Positions 1 to 9,064 of a stretch of 64,000 nucleotides of DNA are shown here, piece after piece. The DNA lies in NCBI GenBank assembly GCA_963833225.1, contig CAWHXD010000008.1:640001-704000 (forward strand). The letters run 5' to 3'. A program made the translations under genes and the position numbers. The notes below the pieces were generated by a model. It ran no database searches and was not told the origin of the DNA. It saw nothing but the letters and a program-made list of their open reading frames with translations. Position 1 is the stretch's first letter, and each line of letters starts with the position of its first letter. The DNA comes from an uncultured Chloroflexia bacterium (GTDB lineage Bacteria; Chloroflexota; Limnocylindria; Limnocylindrales; CSP1-4).

Positions 1-542
1 AAGGCCGCGGCCGCGAGTCGCGACGAACACGGAGACGTCGTCACGCACGTTCCACAGGACGATGTCCTGGCGTCCCGTGAGGGAGACGATCGAGTGGAGG
101 CCGGGGGTGGCTCTCCGGTAGGTGAATGCGACCCACCGGCCGTTGGCCGAGATCGCCGGCTCGGACGCGGTCGGCTGCTCCTGCGCCACGTTCCCCGCCG
201 GCATGGGCGCCTTGCGGATCTTGCCCGACTGGCGGTCCAGCAGGAACACGTCGTGCTGCCCGGTTCGTCGTTGCGGACCAGGTCCGAGGCGACCGAGGTG
301 AACGCGACAAAGCGGCCGTCGGCCGACATCGATGGCTCGATCGAGGCGCTGTTGGGGAAGCCGCCGCCACGGGCCACCGAGAGCAGCCTGGTCGGCCCGG
401 CGGCGCGGGCAGCGGCGCGGCCGGGATGGGATCGGTCACGGGTCGTCCCGACCGCGCGTCGCGCGACGTCGCCCCGGCGCGCGCCAGCAGCCCCGGGCAC
501 GAGGAGCAGGAGCGCAAGGCCGGCCGCGGGGAGCCGTGTCAC
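1..542 (-). CDS. Secreted TolB-like/PD40 (WD40-like) beta-propeller protein, 5' part; runs off the window edge, with a frameshift near 260
   Basis: Hand translation from GTG at 542 gives signal-like MTRLPAAGLALLLLVPG, then PD40-type motifs SIEPSMSADGRFVAFTSVASDLV and, after a frame change, DVFLLDRQ and SEPAISANGRWVAFT. Confidence 0.7.
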   Translation of the reverse strand, partial: MTRLPAAGLALLLLVPGAAGARRGDVARRAVGTTRDRSHPGRAAARAAGPTRLLSVARGGGFPNSASIEPSMSADGRFVAFTSVASDLVRNDEPGSTTCSCWTASRARSARRPCRRGTWRRSSRPRPSRRSRPTAGGSHSPTGEPPPASTRSSPSRDARTSSCGTCVTTSPCSSRLAAAA

Positions 543-550
543 CGGTGGCC

Positions 551-1810
551 TCAGGGCCGCAGGTACCCGGAGTAGAGCACCGCCGCGTCGCAGTCCGTCG
601 GCGGCTCGCACACGAGCGACAGCCGCAGCTGGTCACCCACGCCGATCACGATCGGCGTCACGAAGTGCACGTCGTAGTCGCGGAAGTTCTCCAGTCGCAG
701 GCGCATCAGCGGCGTGTCGTTGCGAAGCACCACGATCGCGCCCTGGCGCCCGTTGGGGTTCGAGAACAGGAAGTCGGTCAGGAACAGCGTGCCGTTAAAC
801 ACGGCCGCCTTGGTGCCGTTGTCGAGCGACCCGTCGATCGGGGTGCCGAGGCCGGGGATCACGGCCCGCCGCCACCGGGCGTGGGCGGGGCTTCGGTGGG
901 CGGCGCGGCGGTGTCGCCCGGGGCAAGGGTCGGCGTCGGCGCCGCATCGGTGGGGGTCCCCCCGCTGCCCGTCCCCATCGTCGGCAGCCCAGCGTCGCTG
1001 AGCGCCTGGTTGACGTCGTCCTTGAGGCTGGCGAGGGGCGAGGACACGGCGTCGGATGCCGCGGTCTCGATGGTCGGCTTGAGCAGGAACAGCCAGATCA
1101 GGATGAGCGCGACGATCGCGACGATCAGCAGCAGCAGCGCCTTGAGGAACCAGGGCGGCAGCACGGACTCCTGGAGCAGCGTGCCCTCGAGCTGGATCGG
1201 CTGGCCCCCTTCGGGCTTGACGAACAGCTGGAACGGCCGGGTCTTGGGCTGCCCTCGCCAGAAGCGCTTGGCCGGGCTGACGCGCACCTTGGCGAACTCG
1301 GCCATGCCGGGCTCCACCACGACCGCGGGCGGCTTGACATCGAAGGTGAGCTGCTGGTCCTCGTCCGTCGCCTCGATCTCGGCCGCGAGGCGCGCGTTGC
1401 CCCGGTTGTCGACGGCGATCTCGTGCGAGCCGCCCCGAGACCCGCGTGACGTCCGTCGGGACCAGCTCGGCGCGCGGGTCCATGAAGGACCCGACCTGGA
1501 CCGAACCCTCCTCCACCGCGGAGCCCGCGGGGTCCTCGCGCGATCGCGCCCGCAACCCGAACGCGAGGACCCCCGATGGCGTTGACGCGACGCGCGGCGG
1601 CGCGAAGACCGCCTTGGCCTCGCCCTCCGCGCCCGGGAACAGGCTGAGGGTCGCGGGCTCGCAGGCCGCCCAGGCGGCGGCATCCCCGAGGACGTCGAGC
1701 GCGAACTCGTCGACGACGGTCCCGGTGTTGCGGACCTTGACCGTGATGGAGACAGATTGGCCCGGCTCGACCGAGATGGCCGGCGTGACCAGCGTGACGG
1801 ATGCACCCAC
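551..1810 (-). CDS. CIS-associated membrane protein (COG1470-like Ig-fold repeats plus TM), similar to Streptomyces CIS 'hydrolytic proteins'; frameshifts near 1455 and 860
   Basis: Composite of ORFs 551..1885 and 859..1863: VKVRNTGTVVDEF...LSLFPG, AVDNRGN, FWRGQPKTRPF, TM LLLLIVAIVALILIWLFLL, Pro/Thr linker, C-terminal LENFRDYDVHFVTPI. Confidence 0.75.
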   Translation of the reverse strand: MGASVTLVTPAISVEPGQSVSITVKVRNTGTVVDEFALDVLGDAAAWAACEPATLSLFPGAEGEAKAVFAPPRVASTPSGVLAFGLRARSREDPAGSAVEEGSVQVGSFMDPRAELVPTDVTRVSGRLARDRRRQPGQRAPRGRDRGDGRGPAAHLRCQAARGRGGARHGRVRQGARQPGQALLARAAQDPAVPAVRQARRGPADPARGHAAPGVRAAALVPQGAAAADRRDRRAHPDLAVPAQADHRDRGIRRRVLAPRQPQGRRQPGAQRRWAADDGDGQRGDPHRCGADADPCPGRHRRAAHRSPAHARWRRAVIPGLGTPIDGSLDNGTKAAVFNGTLFLTDFLFSNPNGRQGAIVVLRNDTPLMRLRLENFRDYDVHFVTPIVIGVGDQLRLSLVCEPPTDCDAAVLYSGYLRP

Positions 1811-1886
1811 GGGCGGAGTGTAGCGACGCGGAGCCCCGGCGAACAGGGGGTGGACGGCGGCAATACGGGGCGGTCTCATGTCCATT

Positions 1887-1916
1887 CGGGCACCGTTGGG
1901 CTGCCCGTTAAGTCAG
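1887..1916. promoter_or_regulatory. CIS promoter motif, copy 1 (CGGGCA-N9-TGCCCG plus shared 19-mer)
   Basis: Reverse complement of 1898-1916 (CTGACTTAACGGGCAGCCC) matches 3422-3440 at 17/19. Confidence 0.5.
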
Positions 1917-2020
1917 CGTTGACTGGCCGCACAGACCCGCGCGCTAGGGTCGGGATGCGCGTCCGGGCATGCACGAATCGTCCCGTTCCACCCGGGCGGC
2001 GCCCAAGGAGACGTGCGTCG

Positions 2021-2668
2021 ATGGTCGCCGAACCCGTTCCCTTCAAGGCCCGCATCCCGGTCCACGTGTCCGCCGCCGATCCGCTGTCGCGGGCCGGGAT
2101 CGTGAGCCAGCTGCGCAAGGCGCAGGGGTTTGCCATCGTGACCGAGAGCGAGCTCCCGGACGACGTGGTGGCGCTCGTCGTGGGTGACGAGCTCGACGGC
2201 GAAGTCCTCGCCGCCATGCGCTCGCTGCGTGGACGAGGGGTGCGGCGGGTCGTGCTGCTGGTCTCTCGCGTGGACGACCGGAGCCTGCTCGGGGCGGCCG
2301 AGGCCGGCGCGACCGGCGTCCTGCGGCGATCCGAGGCCACGCCCGGCAACCTGTCCGCCGCCCTGCGCTCCGCGGCCGCCGGCGAGGGCACGCTGCCGCC
2401 GGACCTGCTGGGGCGGCTCCTGCGCCAGGTCGGCCAGCTGCAGCGCCAGGTGCTCTCGCCGCGGGGACTGACGTTCTCGGGCCTGACGGAGCGGGAGGCG
2501 GCCGTCGTGCGGCTGCTCGCGGACGGGTTCGACACCGCCGAGATCGCGGGTCACCTGTTCTACAGCGAGCGCACCGTGAAGAACATCATCCACGACATCA
2601 CGTCACGCCTCGAGCTGCGCAATCGGACCCATGCCGTGGCCTATGCGATCCGTGAGGGGCTGATCTAG
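2021..2668 (+). CDS. LuxR/NarL-family regulator with a degenerate receiver-like N-terminus
   Basis: C-terminal HTH LTEREAAVVRLLADGFDTAEIA...SERTVKN...NRTHAVAYAIREGLI; AAGGAG ribosome site upstream of ATG 2021. Confidence 0.9.
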   Translation: MVAEPVPFKARIPVHVSAADPLSRAGIVSQLRKAQGFAIVTESELPDDVVALVVGDELDGEVLAAMRSLRGRGVRRVVLLVSRVDDRSLLGAAEAGATGVLRRSEATPGNLSAALRSAAAGEGTLPPDLLGRLLRQVGQLQRQVLSPRGLTFSGLTEREAAVVRLLADGFDTAEIAGHLFYSERTVKNIIHDITSRLELRNRTHAVAYAIREGLI

Positions 2669-2729
2669 ACGCTCACCCCGTTCGAGCCCGGGAGCCGGCT
2701 CGGACGCGTCGCGGCCCCGGGGAGCCCCA

Positions 2730-3338
2730 TCACATCTGGAGCTCTTCCTCCTCCTCGGGACCCTCCTGGCGCTGCACCGAGCTGACCACCTGGCTGGCGG
2801 TCTGGTCGGCGGCACGCTCGAACCGGTCGGACGGATCGCTCACCTTGATCCCACCCGGCGCAGCGCTGCCGTCAACGGGTCCGCGCGACTGCTGGACGAC
2901 GTGGGTCAGCTCGTGCGCGAGCGTCTTCTGGCCCTCGGCGGAGCCCGGGTTGTACTGCCCGTCCTTGAACACCACGTCCGAGCCCACGGTGTAGGCATTC
3001 GCCCCGACCGACTCCGCCGACCTGGATGCCTTGCCGCCGGTGTGCACGCGGACATCCTCGAACGAGGCACCGAAGGCCGACTCCATCGACGTCCGGGTGG
3101 ACTCGTCCAGCGGGGTTCCACCGCCGGAGCCGACGACATCGTGGACCGGCGACTGCTCCTCGTCGCCGGCCAGCATCTGGACCACGCCCTGGTTCCCAGC
3201 CGTCCGCTGGAGGTGCATGATCGATGCCGCGTCGAGGGCCGGCCCGCGGGCCGCGGCAAACGGGCGGCCTTCCGCCCGGTCCGGCGCCTGCCGGTCCACG
3301 TGCGGATGGGCGATGGGTTCGCGCTCGTAGTCGCGCAT
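2730..3338 (-). CDS. DUF4157 (eCIS core domain) protein
   Basis: GTPLDESTRTSMESAFGASFEDVRVHTG, ANAYTVGSDVVF, TLAHELTHVVQQ (HExxH), DRFERAAD. Confidence 0.9.
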   Translation of the reverse strand: MRDYEREPIAHPHVDRQAPDRAEGRPFAAARGPALDAASIMHLQRTAGNQGVVQMLAGDEEQSPVHDVVGSGGGTPLDESTRTSMESAFGASFEDVRVHTGGKASRSAESVGANAYTVGSDVVFKDGQYNPGSAEGQKTLAHELTHVVQQSRGPVDGSAAPGGIKVSDPSDRFERAADQTASQVVSSVQRQEGPEEEEELQM

Positions 3339-3421
3339 GTGCTGGTCCCTCCTGGTGGCACCCGCAGCATCGCCCACCGCGCTCCCCGTCGCAATCCCCT
3401 TGCGGCGATGCGCCCCGAAGT

Positions 3422-3440
3422 CTGCCTCAACGGGCAGCCC
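3422..3440. promoter_or_regulatory. CIS promoter motif, copy 2, upstream of the DUF4157 gene
   Basis: CTGCCTCAACGGGCAGCCC, 17/19 identical to copy 1. Confidence 0.5.
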
Positions 3441-3459
3441 GACCGAACGGCAGCGGCGG

Positions 3460-5721
3460 TCAGACGTCGAGCAGGTGCATGTACGGCCCGAACTCCGCCT
3501 CGACCGTCAGCCGTCCCAGCTTGCGGTACTCGCGCTCGGTGCCACGGATGAGGTCGGCCATGCCGATGGGCCGGTCGGCGGCCGCCGCGAAGTAGGCCGC
3601 GGACACGCAGATGTTCCGGATGTTGCCGCCGGGGAAGCGGAACTGGCGGGCGAGGAACTCGAGGTCGAGCTCGCCCTCGCGCGGGACCCTGTCCGGGAGG
3701 TTGCGAACCCACAGCCGGAGCCGGTCCTCCTCCTCGGGCAGCGGGAAGTCCACGATCGCATCCAGGCGCCGCGTGAACGCCTCGTCCACGTTGGCGCGCA
3801 GGTTGGTGGTCAGGATCGCGATCCCGTCGAAGCGCTCCATCCGCTGGAGCAGGTAGGCCACCTCCACGTTGGCGTACCGGTCACGGGCGTCCTTCACCTC
3901 GGAGCGCTTGCCGAACAGGGCGTCGGCCTCGTCGAACAGCAGGACGCCGTTGACCCCGTCGGCCTCGGTGAAGATCCGGTCCAGGTTCTTCTCGGTCTCG
4001 CCGATGTACTTGTCGATGACGGTGGAGAGGTCGATGACGTAAAGGTCCAGCCCGAGGTCCCCCGCCAGGACCTCGGCCGACATCGTCTTGCCGGTGCCCG
4101 AATCGCCGGCGAACAGGGCCGTCACGCCCCGCCCGCGGGCGGTGGTGTGGCCCATCCGCCATTCGCCGATGACCCGGTCGCGGTGCCGGGCGCGCGCGGC
4201 GATCTCCCGCAGCTGCGTCTCCACGACCCGGGGCAGGATGAGGTCCTGCCAGGCCGCGGCAGGCTCCACGCGGCGCGCAAGCCGCTCCAGGCCGGCGGCG
4301 TTCTGGGCTCGGGCGCCGGCCGCGATGTCGGGCGGCTCCAGGTCCCGGTCTGCCGCGACGGCCGCGCGATGCGCGGCCCGCGCGGCGCGGACGACCTGCT
4401 CCGGGCCGAGCCGGAAGGCCCGGGTCGCGGTCGCCGGGTCGAAGCCCAGCGGAGCGGACCCGTTGAGCGCGCCGACCCACAGCTCGTGGCGCTGCGTCTC
4501 GTCGGGGACCGGGGCGTCGAGCACCAGCGGCACCTCCCGGCTCCAGGCCGGGTCCCAGGCCCTCGTCCCCACCAGGACCACCGGCGGCTGGGCCTCGCCA
4601 AACGCGCGAACCGCCGCGGTTCCCCGTTCCACGATCGCCTCCACCGGCCCGGCGATCAGGCCGGCGCCACGCAACCTCGCCTCCCGCGTCGCCGCCTCGG
4701 CGATCGGGCGTGGCTCGTCGGTCGCCCCGAGCCGGGAGAGATCCACGTCCACGACGGGCCGGCCGAGCGTCGCGAAGGCCGCCCGCGCCAGGGCCCGCCC
4801 GGAGGCACCGCCGGCCTGGCGGACGTAGACCAGGGGCACGCCCGCGGCCAGGGCACGAGCGAGCACGGCGGCGTCGCCAAAGCGCACCTCCGGTGCCTCA
4901 CCGAGCAGCGGCGCCACCAGCGGGTCCGGCCCGTCGTCGCCCAGGAGGTGGGCGGCGACCCGGTCCGGGACCCGAAGCGGCCGGGTGAGGAACGGACGAT
5001 CGGGGTCCTCCACCAGCAGCAGCCCCTCGTCCACGAGCGCCCCCCGCGGCCCGAGCCTGGACCTCGTCGGGCCGGCGCCGGCCAGCTCTGATCCGCCGAT
5101 CAGCTCCAGCGCGAGACCGGCGCTTGCCCGGCGTCTCGACACGTCGTCGTGGAGGTAGCCGTACAGGCGCTCGAACCGGGGGTCGAGGTCCGGCGCGAGC
5201 GCGATGAGCAGCAGGTCAACGTCGAGGTCGTCGAGGCCGAACGTCCGGGCCAGCCTGCGCAGTCGCACGTCGGCTCCCGCGGCCTCCGCGGCGTCCGCGT
5301 CGATCTCGGCCGCGGCGAGCTCGGCGGCGTCATGCGCGGCCGCGGCCGCGACCACGGCCCTGATCTCGGCGCCCGGGCGATCATCGGCACGCAACAACCG
5401 GTCCACCTGGTCGTCGCTGATGTACAGGCCCCGGAACCGGTCCTCCGGGTCGGGATCGACTGCGCGCCGGCGTTCGACGGCGGTGCGGACGCGCGTCTCG
5501 AGGCGCGCCAGCCGCCGGTACAGGTAGGCGAGCGACGGGTCCTGCGGCGGCGCCGGGGGCGCGGGCGGATCCGAAGACGGTGCCTGGGCCACGGGGGCGG
5601 ACAGGTCCCGCGGCGGCTCGGGCGACGGTTCCTGGGCCACGGGGGCGGGCTCCTGGAGCGGCGATCCAGGCTCCGCGTGAGCGCGACGACCAGCCGGCGC
5701 GCGGCGCGTCCGCGTGCTCAC
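3460..5721 (-). CDS. CIS AAA+ ATPase (Afp15/Pvc15-like)
   Basis: Walker A GDSGTGKT, Walker B LLFDEAD, DRYANVEVAYLLQRME, N-terminal LAPDLDPRFERLYGYLHDDV. Confidence 0.93.
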   Translation of the reverse strand: MSTRTRRAPAGRRAHAEPGSPLQEPAPVAQEPSPEPPRDLSAPVAQAPSSDPPAPPAPPQDPSLAYLYRRLARLETRVRTAVERRRAVDPDPEDRFRGLYISDDQVDRLLRADDRPGAEIRAVVAAAAAHDAAELAAAEIDADAAEAAGADVRLRRLARTFGLDDLDVDLLLIALAPDLDPRFERLYGYLHDDVSRRRASAGLALELIGGSELAGAGPTRSRLGPRGALVDEGLLLVEDPDRPFLTRPLRVPDRVAAHLLGDDGPDPLVAPLLGEAPEVRFGDAAVLARALAAGVPLVYVRQAGGASGRALARAAFATLGRPVVDVDLSRLGATDEPRPIAEAATREARLRGAGLIAGPVEAIVERGTAAVRAFGEAQPPVVLVGTRAWDPAWSREVPLVLDAPVPDETQRHELWVGALNGSAPLGFDPATATRAFRLGPEQVVRAARAAHRAAVAADRDLEPPDIAAGARAQNAAGLERLARRVEPAAAWQDLILPRVVETQLREIAARARHRDRVIGEWRMGHTTARGRGVTALFAGDSGTGKTMSAEVLAGDLGLDLYVIDLSTVIDKYIGETEKNLDRIFTEADGVNGVLLFDEADALFGKRSEVKDARDRYANVEVAYLLQRMERFDGIAILTTNLRANVDEAFTRRLDAIVDFPLPEEEDRLRLWVRNLPDRVPREGELDLEFLARQFRFPGGNIRNICVSAAYFAAAADRPIGMADLIRGTEREYRKLGRLTVEAEFGPYMHLLDV

Positions 5722-6446
5722 TGCCGGGAGCCGCGCACCCGCAGCCTGACCCCGCCCGCCTGCTCGCCCTTGGTCCCCTTCAGGGCGGGCACCGTCTCCT
5801 CGGGCACCGGCCCAGGTTCGCCCCTGCCGGCCTTCTTCGCGCCTCGCGACCCGCTCATCGCCTCCTCCGCACCCCCGGTGCTCGCGAGGCCGATCGTCGG
5901 TCCCGCGGTGACCGGCGGCCCGTAGTAGCTGTCCGTGTTGGGCAGCACCGGCGCGACGACCACCAGGTCCAGCGACGGCTTGAGCTCGCCGCCGAGCGCC
6001 GACCAGATGTCGGCGAGCGACCGCTCCTGGGTCTCGGGCTGGCCGACCTCGAGATAGACGGGCAGGCCGGCCTCGTCGAGGGATCCGCCGAGATCACCCG
6101 GCTTGATCATCGGGTTCTTGAGCATGCACACGAGCAGCGAGGAGAGCAGGCGGTGCTCGTCCTCGGGCCGCTGCGTCCAGGCCGTCACCAGGTAGGCGAG
6201 CCGGAACCGGCGGGCGGGCTGCTTGCGGCCCGCCACCTGGCCGTCGACGCCGCGCATGTCCTCCCAGGTGGGAACCCGTCGCTGGAGGTCCTCGCGGATG
6301 TCGTACAGGTAGAGGTTGACGCAGGGGCCGCTGCGACGGGCCACCCAGTCCTTGGTCGGCGCATCGAACACGAGGTCCACCGACGAGCCGTTGAGGGCAT
6401 CCCGGCGGACCAGCCTCTCGAGGAGCTGGTCGACATCGTGGATCAC
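5718..6446 (-). CDS. DUF4255 / Pvc16-like cap (tail terminator) protein
   Basis: VIHDVD...FDAPTKDW...NLYLYDIRED...YLVTAW...EDEHRLL...WSALGGELKPSLDLVV. Confidence 0.9.
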   Translation of the reverse strand: MIHDVDQLLERLVRRDALNGSSVDLVFDAPTKDWVARRSGPCVNLYLYDIREDLQRRVPTWEDMRGVDGQVAGRKQPARRFRLAYLVTAWTQRPEDEHRLLSSLLVCMLKNPMIKPGDLGGSLDEAGLPVYLEVGQPETQERSLADIWSALGGELKPSLDLVVVAPVLPNTDSYYGPPVTAGPTIGLASTGGAEEAMSGSRGAKKAGRGEPGPVPEETVPALKGTKGEQAGGVRLRVRGSRQ

Positions 6447-6501
6447 GCATGGATCGTCCGCCGCGCGCGCGAGGCACGCCACCCGTCGGCGGGCATGCGA
6501 G

Positions 6502-6529
6502 CGGGCAGCCCTCGCTGCCCCTTCGGGCA
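6502..6529. promoter_or_regulatory. CIS promoter motif, copy 3, in the divergent pvc16/sheath gap
   Basis: CGGGCAGCCC followed by CTGCCCCTTCGGGCA (TGCCC-N4-GGGCA inverted repeat). Confidence 0.45.
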
Positions 6530-6634
6530 CGAGCCGCCGCCCTGCCGCGCGCCCGGTCGAACCTTGTCCGGACCCGCCCGGGGTGCGAGCGTCCAAGCGT
6601 CGGGATCCCACCCCACAAACGGGAGAGGCCACGC

Positions 6635-8149
6635 ATGCCGAACTATCTGTCACCCGGCGTCTACGTCGAGGAGGTCGAAGCCGGGTCGCGTCCGATCGAG
6701 GGCGTCGGCACGGCGGTCGCCGCGTTCGTCGGGCTCGCGGCTCGCGGGCCGGCCAACACCCCCACGCTCGTGACGAACTGGAACCAGTTCTCGTCCGTGT
6801 TCGGGGACTTCGTCGAAGGCTCCTACCTGGCGCACGCCGTCTACGGCTACTTCCTCAACGGCGGTGGAGCCGCCTACGTGGTCCGGGTGGGCGCCGATGG
6901 CGTCATGCCCACCGCGTCCGCAGAGCTGCCCAGCGCAGGCGAGAAGGGCAAGCCCGCATTCCGCGTGGCCGCCCTTGAGGCCGGCCCGGCGGGCAACGAC
7001 CTCAGCGTCAGCGTCGAGGCCGCGAGCGAAGGCGCCGAAGGGTCCTTCAAGCTCGTCGTCAAGCAGGGCAGCAAGGTCGTCGAGACCTTTGACAACGTCA
7101 CGGCCGGCAAGGGCAAGACCAGCGTCCAGACCGCCGTCAAGGCACAGTCGAAGACGATCGTCATCGAGGAGACCGGCGGCGCCCTGGCGGTCCCGTCGAC
7201 GGGCTCGGTCAGCCTCGCCGGTGGCGGCGCGGCGGTCCCTGCCCGGGTGACTCCGAGCGACTACGTGGGCAACTCGTCGGACCGGACCGGCTTCGCCGGC
7301 CTGGAGGCCGTGGACGAGGTCACCATGCTGACCGTCCCGGACCTGATGGCCGTGTACGAGCAGGGGATCATCGATCTCGAGGGTCTCCAGGCCGTCCAGC
7401 TGGCGATGATCGCGCACTGCGAGCTGATGGGCGACCGGGTCGCGATCCTGGACGCACCGCCAGGCCTCAACGCCCAGCAGGTCAAGGAGTGGCGGGTCGA
7501 CAAGGCCGGCTATGACTCCAAGTACGCGACGCTGTACTGGCCGTGGGTCAAGGTGTTCGATCCGCCGACGGGCCAGGCGAAGTTCGTGCCGCCCTCCGGC
7601 CACATGGCCGGCATCTGGGCCCGCAACGACGACACCCGAGGCGTCCACAAGGCTCCGGCCAACGAGGTCGTCCGCGGCGCCATCACCCTCGAGCTCAACA
7701 TCACCAAGGCCGAGCATGACCAGCTGAACCCCAACGGGATCAACTGCATCCGCGCCTTCCCGGGTCGAGGGATCCGCGTCTGGGGCGCCCGGACGATCTC
7801 GTCCGACCCGTCCTGGCGCTACCTCAACGTGCGCCGGCTGTTCAACTACATCGAGGAGTCCATCTTCGAGGGCACCCAGTGGGTCGTCTTCGAGCCGAAC
7901 GACATCCGGCTGTGGGGCCGGGTCAAGCGGACGATCAACGCGTTCCTGCTCCGCGTCTGGCGCGACGGCGCGCTGTTCGGAGCGACGCCCGACCAGGCGT
8001 TCTTCGTCAAGTGCGACGAGGAGAACAACCCGCCCGAGGTTCGTGACGCGGGCCAGCTGATCGTCGACATCGGCATCGCCCCGGTGAAGCCGGCCGAGTT
8101 CGTCGTGTTCCGGATCGCCCAGTTCTCGGGCTCGCCGGACAGCGAGTAG
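6635..8149 (+). CDS. Contractile tail sheath protein
   Basis: MPNYLSPGVYVEEV, VPPSGHMAGIWARND..RGVHKAPANE, WGART, WRYLNVRRLF, WVVFEPND, APVKPAEFVVFR. Confidence 0.97.
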   Translation: MPNYLSPGVYVEEVEAGSRPIEGVGTAVAAFVGLAARGPANTPTLVTNWNQFSSVFGDFVEGSYLAHAVYGYFLNGGGAAYVVRVGADGVMPTASAELPSAGEKGKPAFRVAALEAGPAGNDLSVSVEAASEGAEGSFKLVVKQGSKVVETFDNVTAGKGKTSVQTAVKAQSKTIVIEETGGALAVPSTGSVSLAGGGAAVPARVTPSDYVGNSSDRTGFAGLEAVDEVTMLTVPDLMAVYEQGIIDLEGLQAVQLAMIAHCELMGDRVAILDAPPGLNAQQVKEWRVDKAGYDSKYATLYWPWVKVFDPPTGQAKFVPPSGHMAGIWARNDDTRGVHKAPANEVVRGAITLELNITKAEHDQLNPNGINCIRAFPGRGIRVWGARTISSDPSWRYLNVRRLFNYIEESIFEGTQWVVFEPNDIRLWGRVKRTINAFLLRVWRDGALFGATPDQAFFVKCDEENNPPEVRDAGQLIVDIGIAPVKPAEFVVFRIAQFSGSPDSE

Positions 8150-8187
8150 TTGACCATCCCTGACCACGCGACCTCACGGAGGCACTG

Positions 8188-8622
8188 ATGCCCACAACCG
8201 ATCCCCTTCTGCAAGGAAACGTACTGCTCGACCTCGACGGCGTCGGCGTCGTCGCGAACTTCAGCTCCGTCTCGGGGATCTCGAGCGAGGTGGAGATCGT
8301 CGACAACCCGTACGTCACCGACCAGGGCAAGGTCTACATCGGCAAGCTGCCCGGCAAGCCGAAGACGCCGACCATCACGCTCAAGCGCGGCCTCACCGGT
8401 GCCACGGAGCTATGGGCCTGGCACCTGGCGGTCATGCAGGGCACGCCGGACCGCCGCAACGGCTCGGTGATCATGATGAACACGCTGGGCGAGGAGGTCC
8501 TCCGCTACAACTTCGGCAACGCCATGGTCTCCAAGCTCAGCCTCTCCGAGGGCGGCGCCACGACCAGTGGCGTCCAGATCGAGGAGGCGACCCTCGCCTG
8601 CGAGACCCTCGAGAAGGGCTAG
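8188..8622 (+). CDS. Tail tube protein (T4 gp19-like)
   Basis: KLPGK..TITLKRGLT..LWAWH..RRNGSV..EEATLACE; directly after the sheath gene. Confidence 0.9.
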   Translation: MPTTDPLLQGNVLLDLDGVGVVANFSSVSGISSEVEIVDNPYVTDQGKVYIGKLPGKPKTPTITLKRGLTGATELWAWHLAVMQGTPDRRNGSVIMMNTLGEEVLRYNFGNAMVSKLSLSEGGATTSGVQIEEATLACETLEKG

Positions 8623-8629
8623 GCCCGTC

Positions 8630-9064
8630 ATGACGGCCGCGGCCTTGCCCGAGATCCCGACCGAGCGTGGGAGCGCGAACGTGTCCGATGCCCTTCGAAC
8701 CGAGTATGCGTTCGTGCTCCCCCGCGGCTTTGTCGACGGGTCCGGGACGGTCCATCGCGAGGGCGTCATGCGCCTCGCCACGGCCCGGGACGAGATCATC
8801 CCCCAGCGGGACCCGCGGGTCCGGGAGAACGAGGCCTACCTGACGGTCCTCCTGCTCTCGCGGGTGGTCACCAAGCTCGGCACGCTGGGCCAGGTCCACA
8901 CGGGCGTGATCGAGGGGCTGTTCGCCTCGGACCTCGCGTTCCTGCAGGACCTCTACCGGCGAATCAATGCCGAGGGTCACACCCAGGCATCCGTGACCTG
9001 CCCGGCGTGCAACCACGGCTTCACCGTCGACGTGGCGGGTGAGCAGCGCCTGGGGGAATCGTGA
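8630..9064 (+). CDS. Tail assembly chaperone-like CIS protein
   Basis: TEYAFVLPRGFVD..GVMRLATARDEI..DPRV..LFASDLAFLQDLY..CPAC; ends in LGES over GGGGGAA. Confidence 0.8.
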   Translation: MTAAALPEIPTERGSANVSDALRTEYAFVLPRGFVDGSGTVHREGVMRLATARDEIIPQRDPRVRENEAYLTVLLLSRVVTKLGTLGQVHTGVIEGLFASDLAFLQDLYRRINAEGHTQASVTCPACNHGFTVDVAGEQRLGES

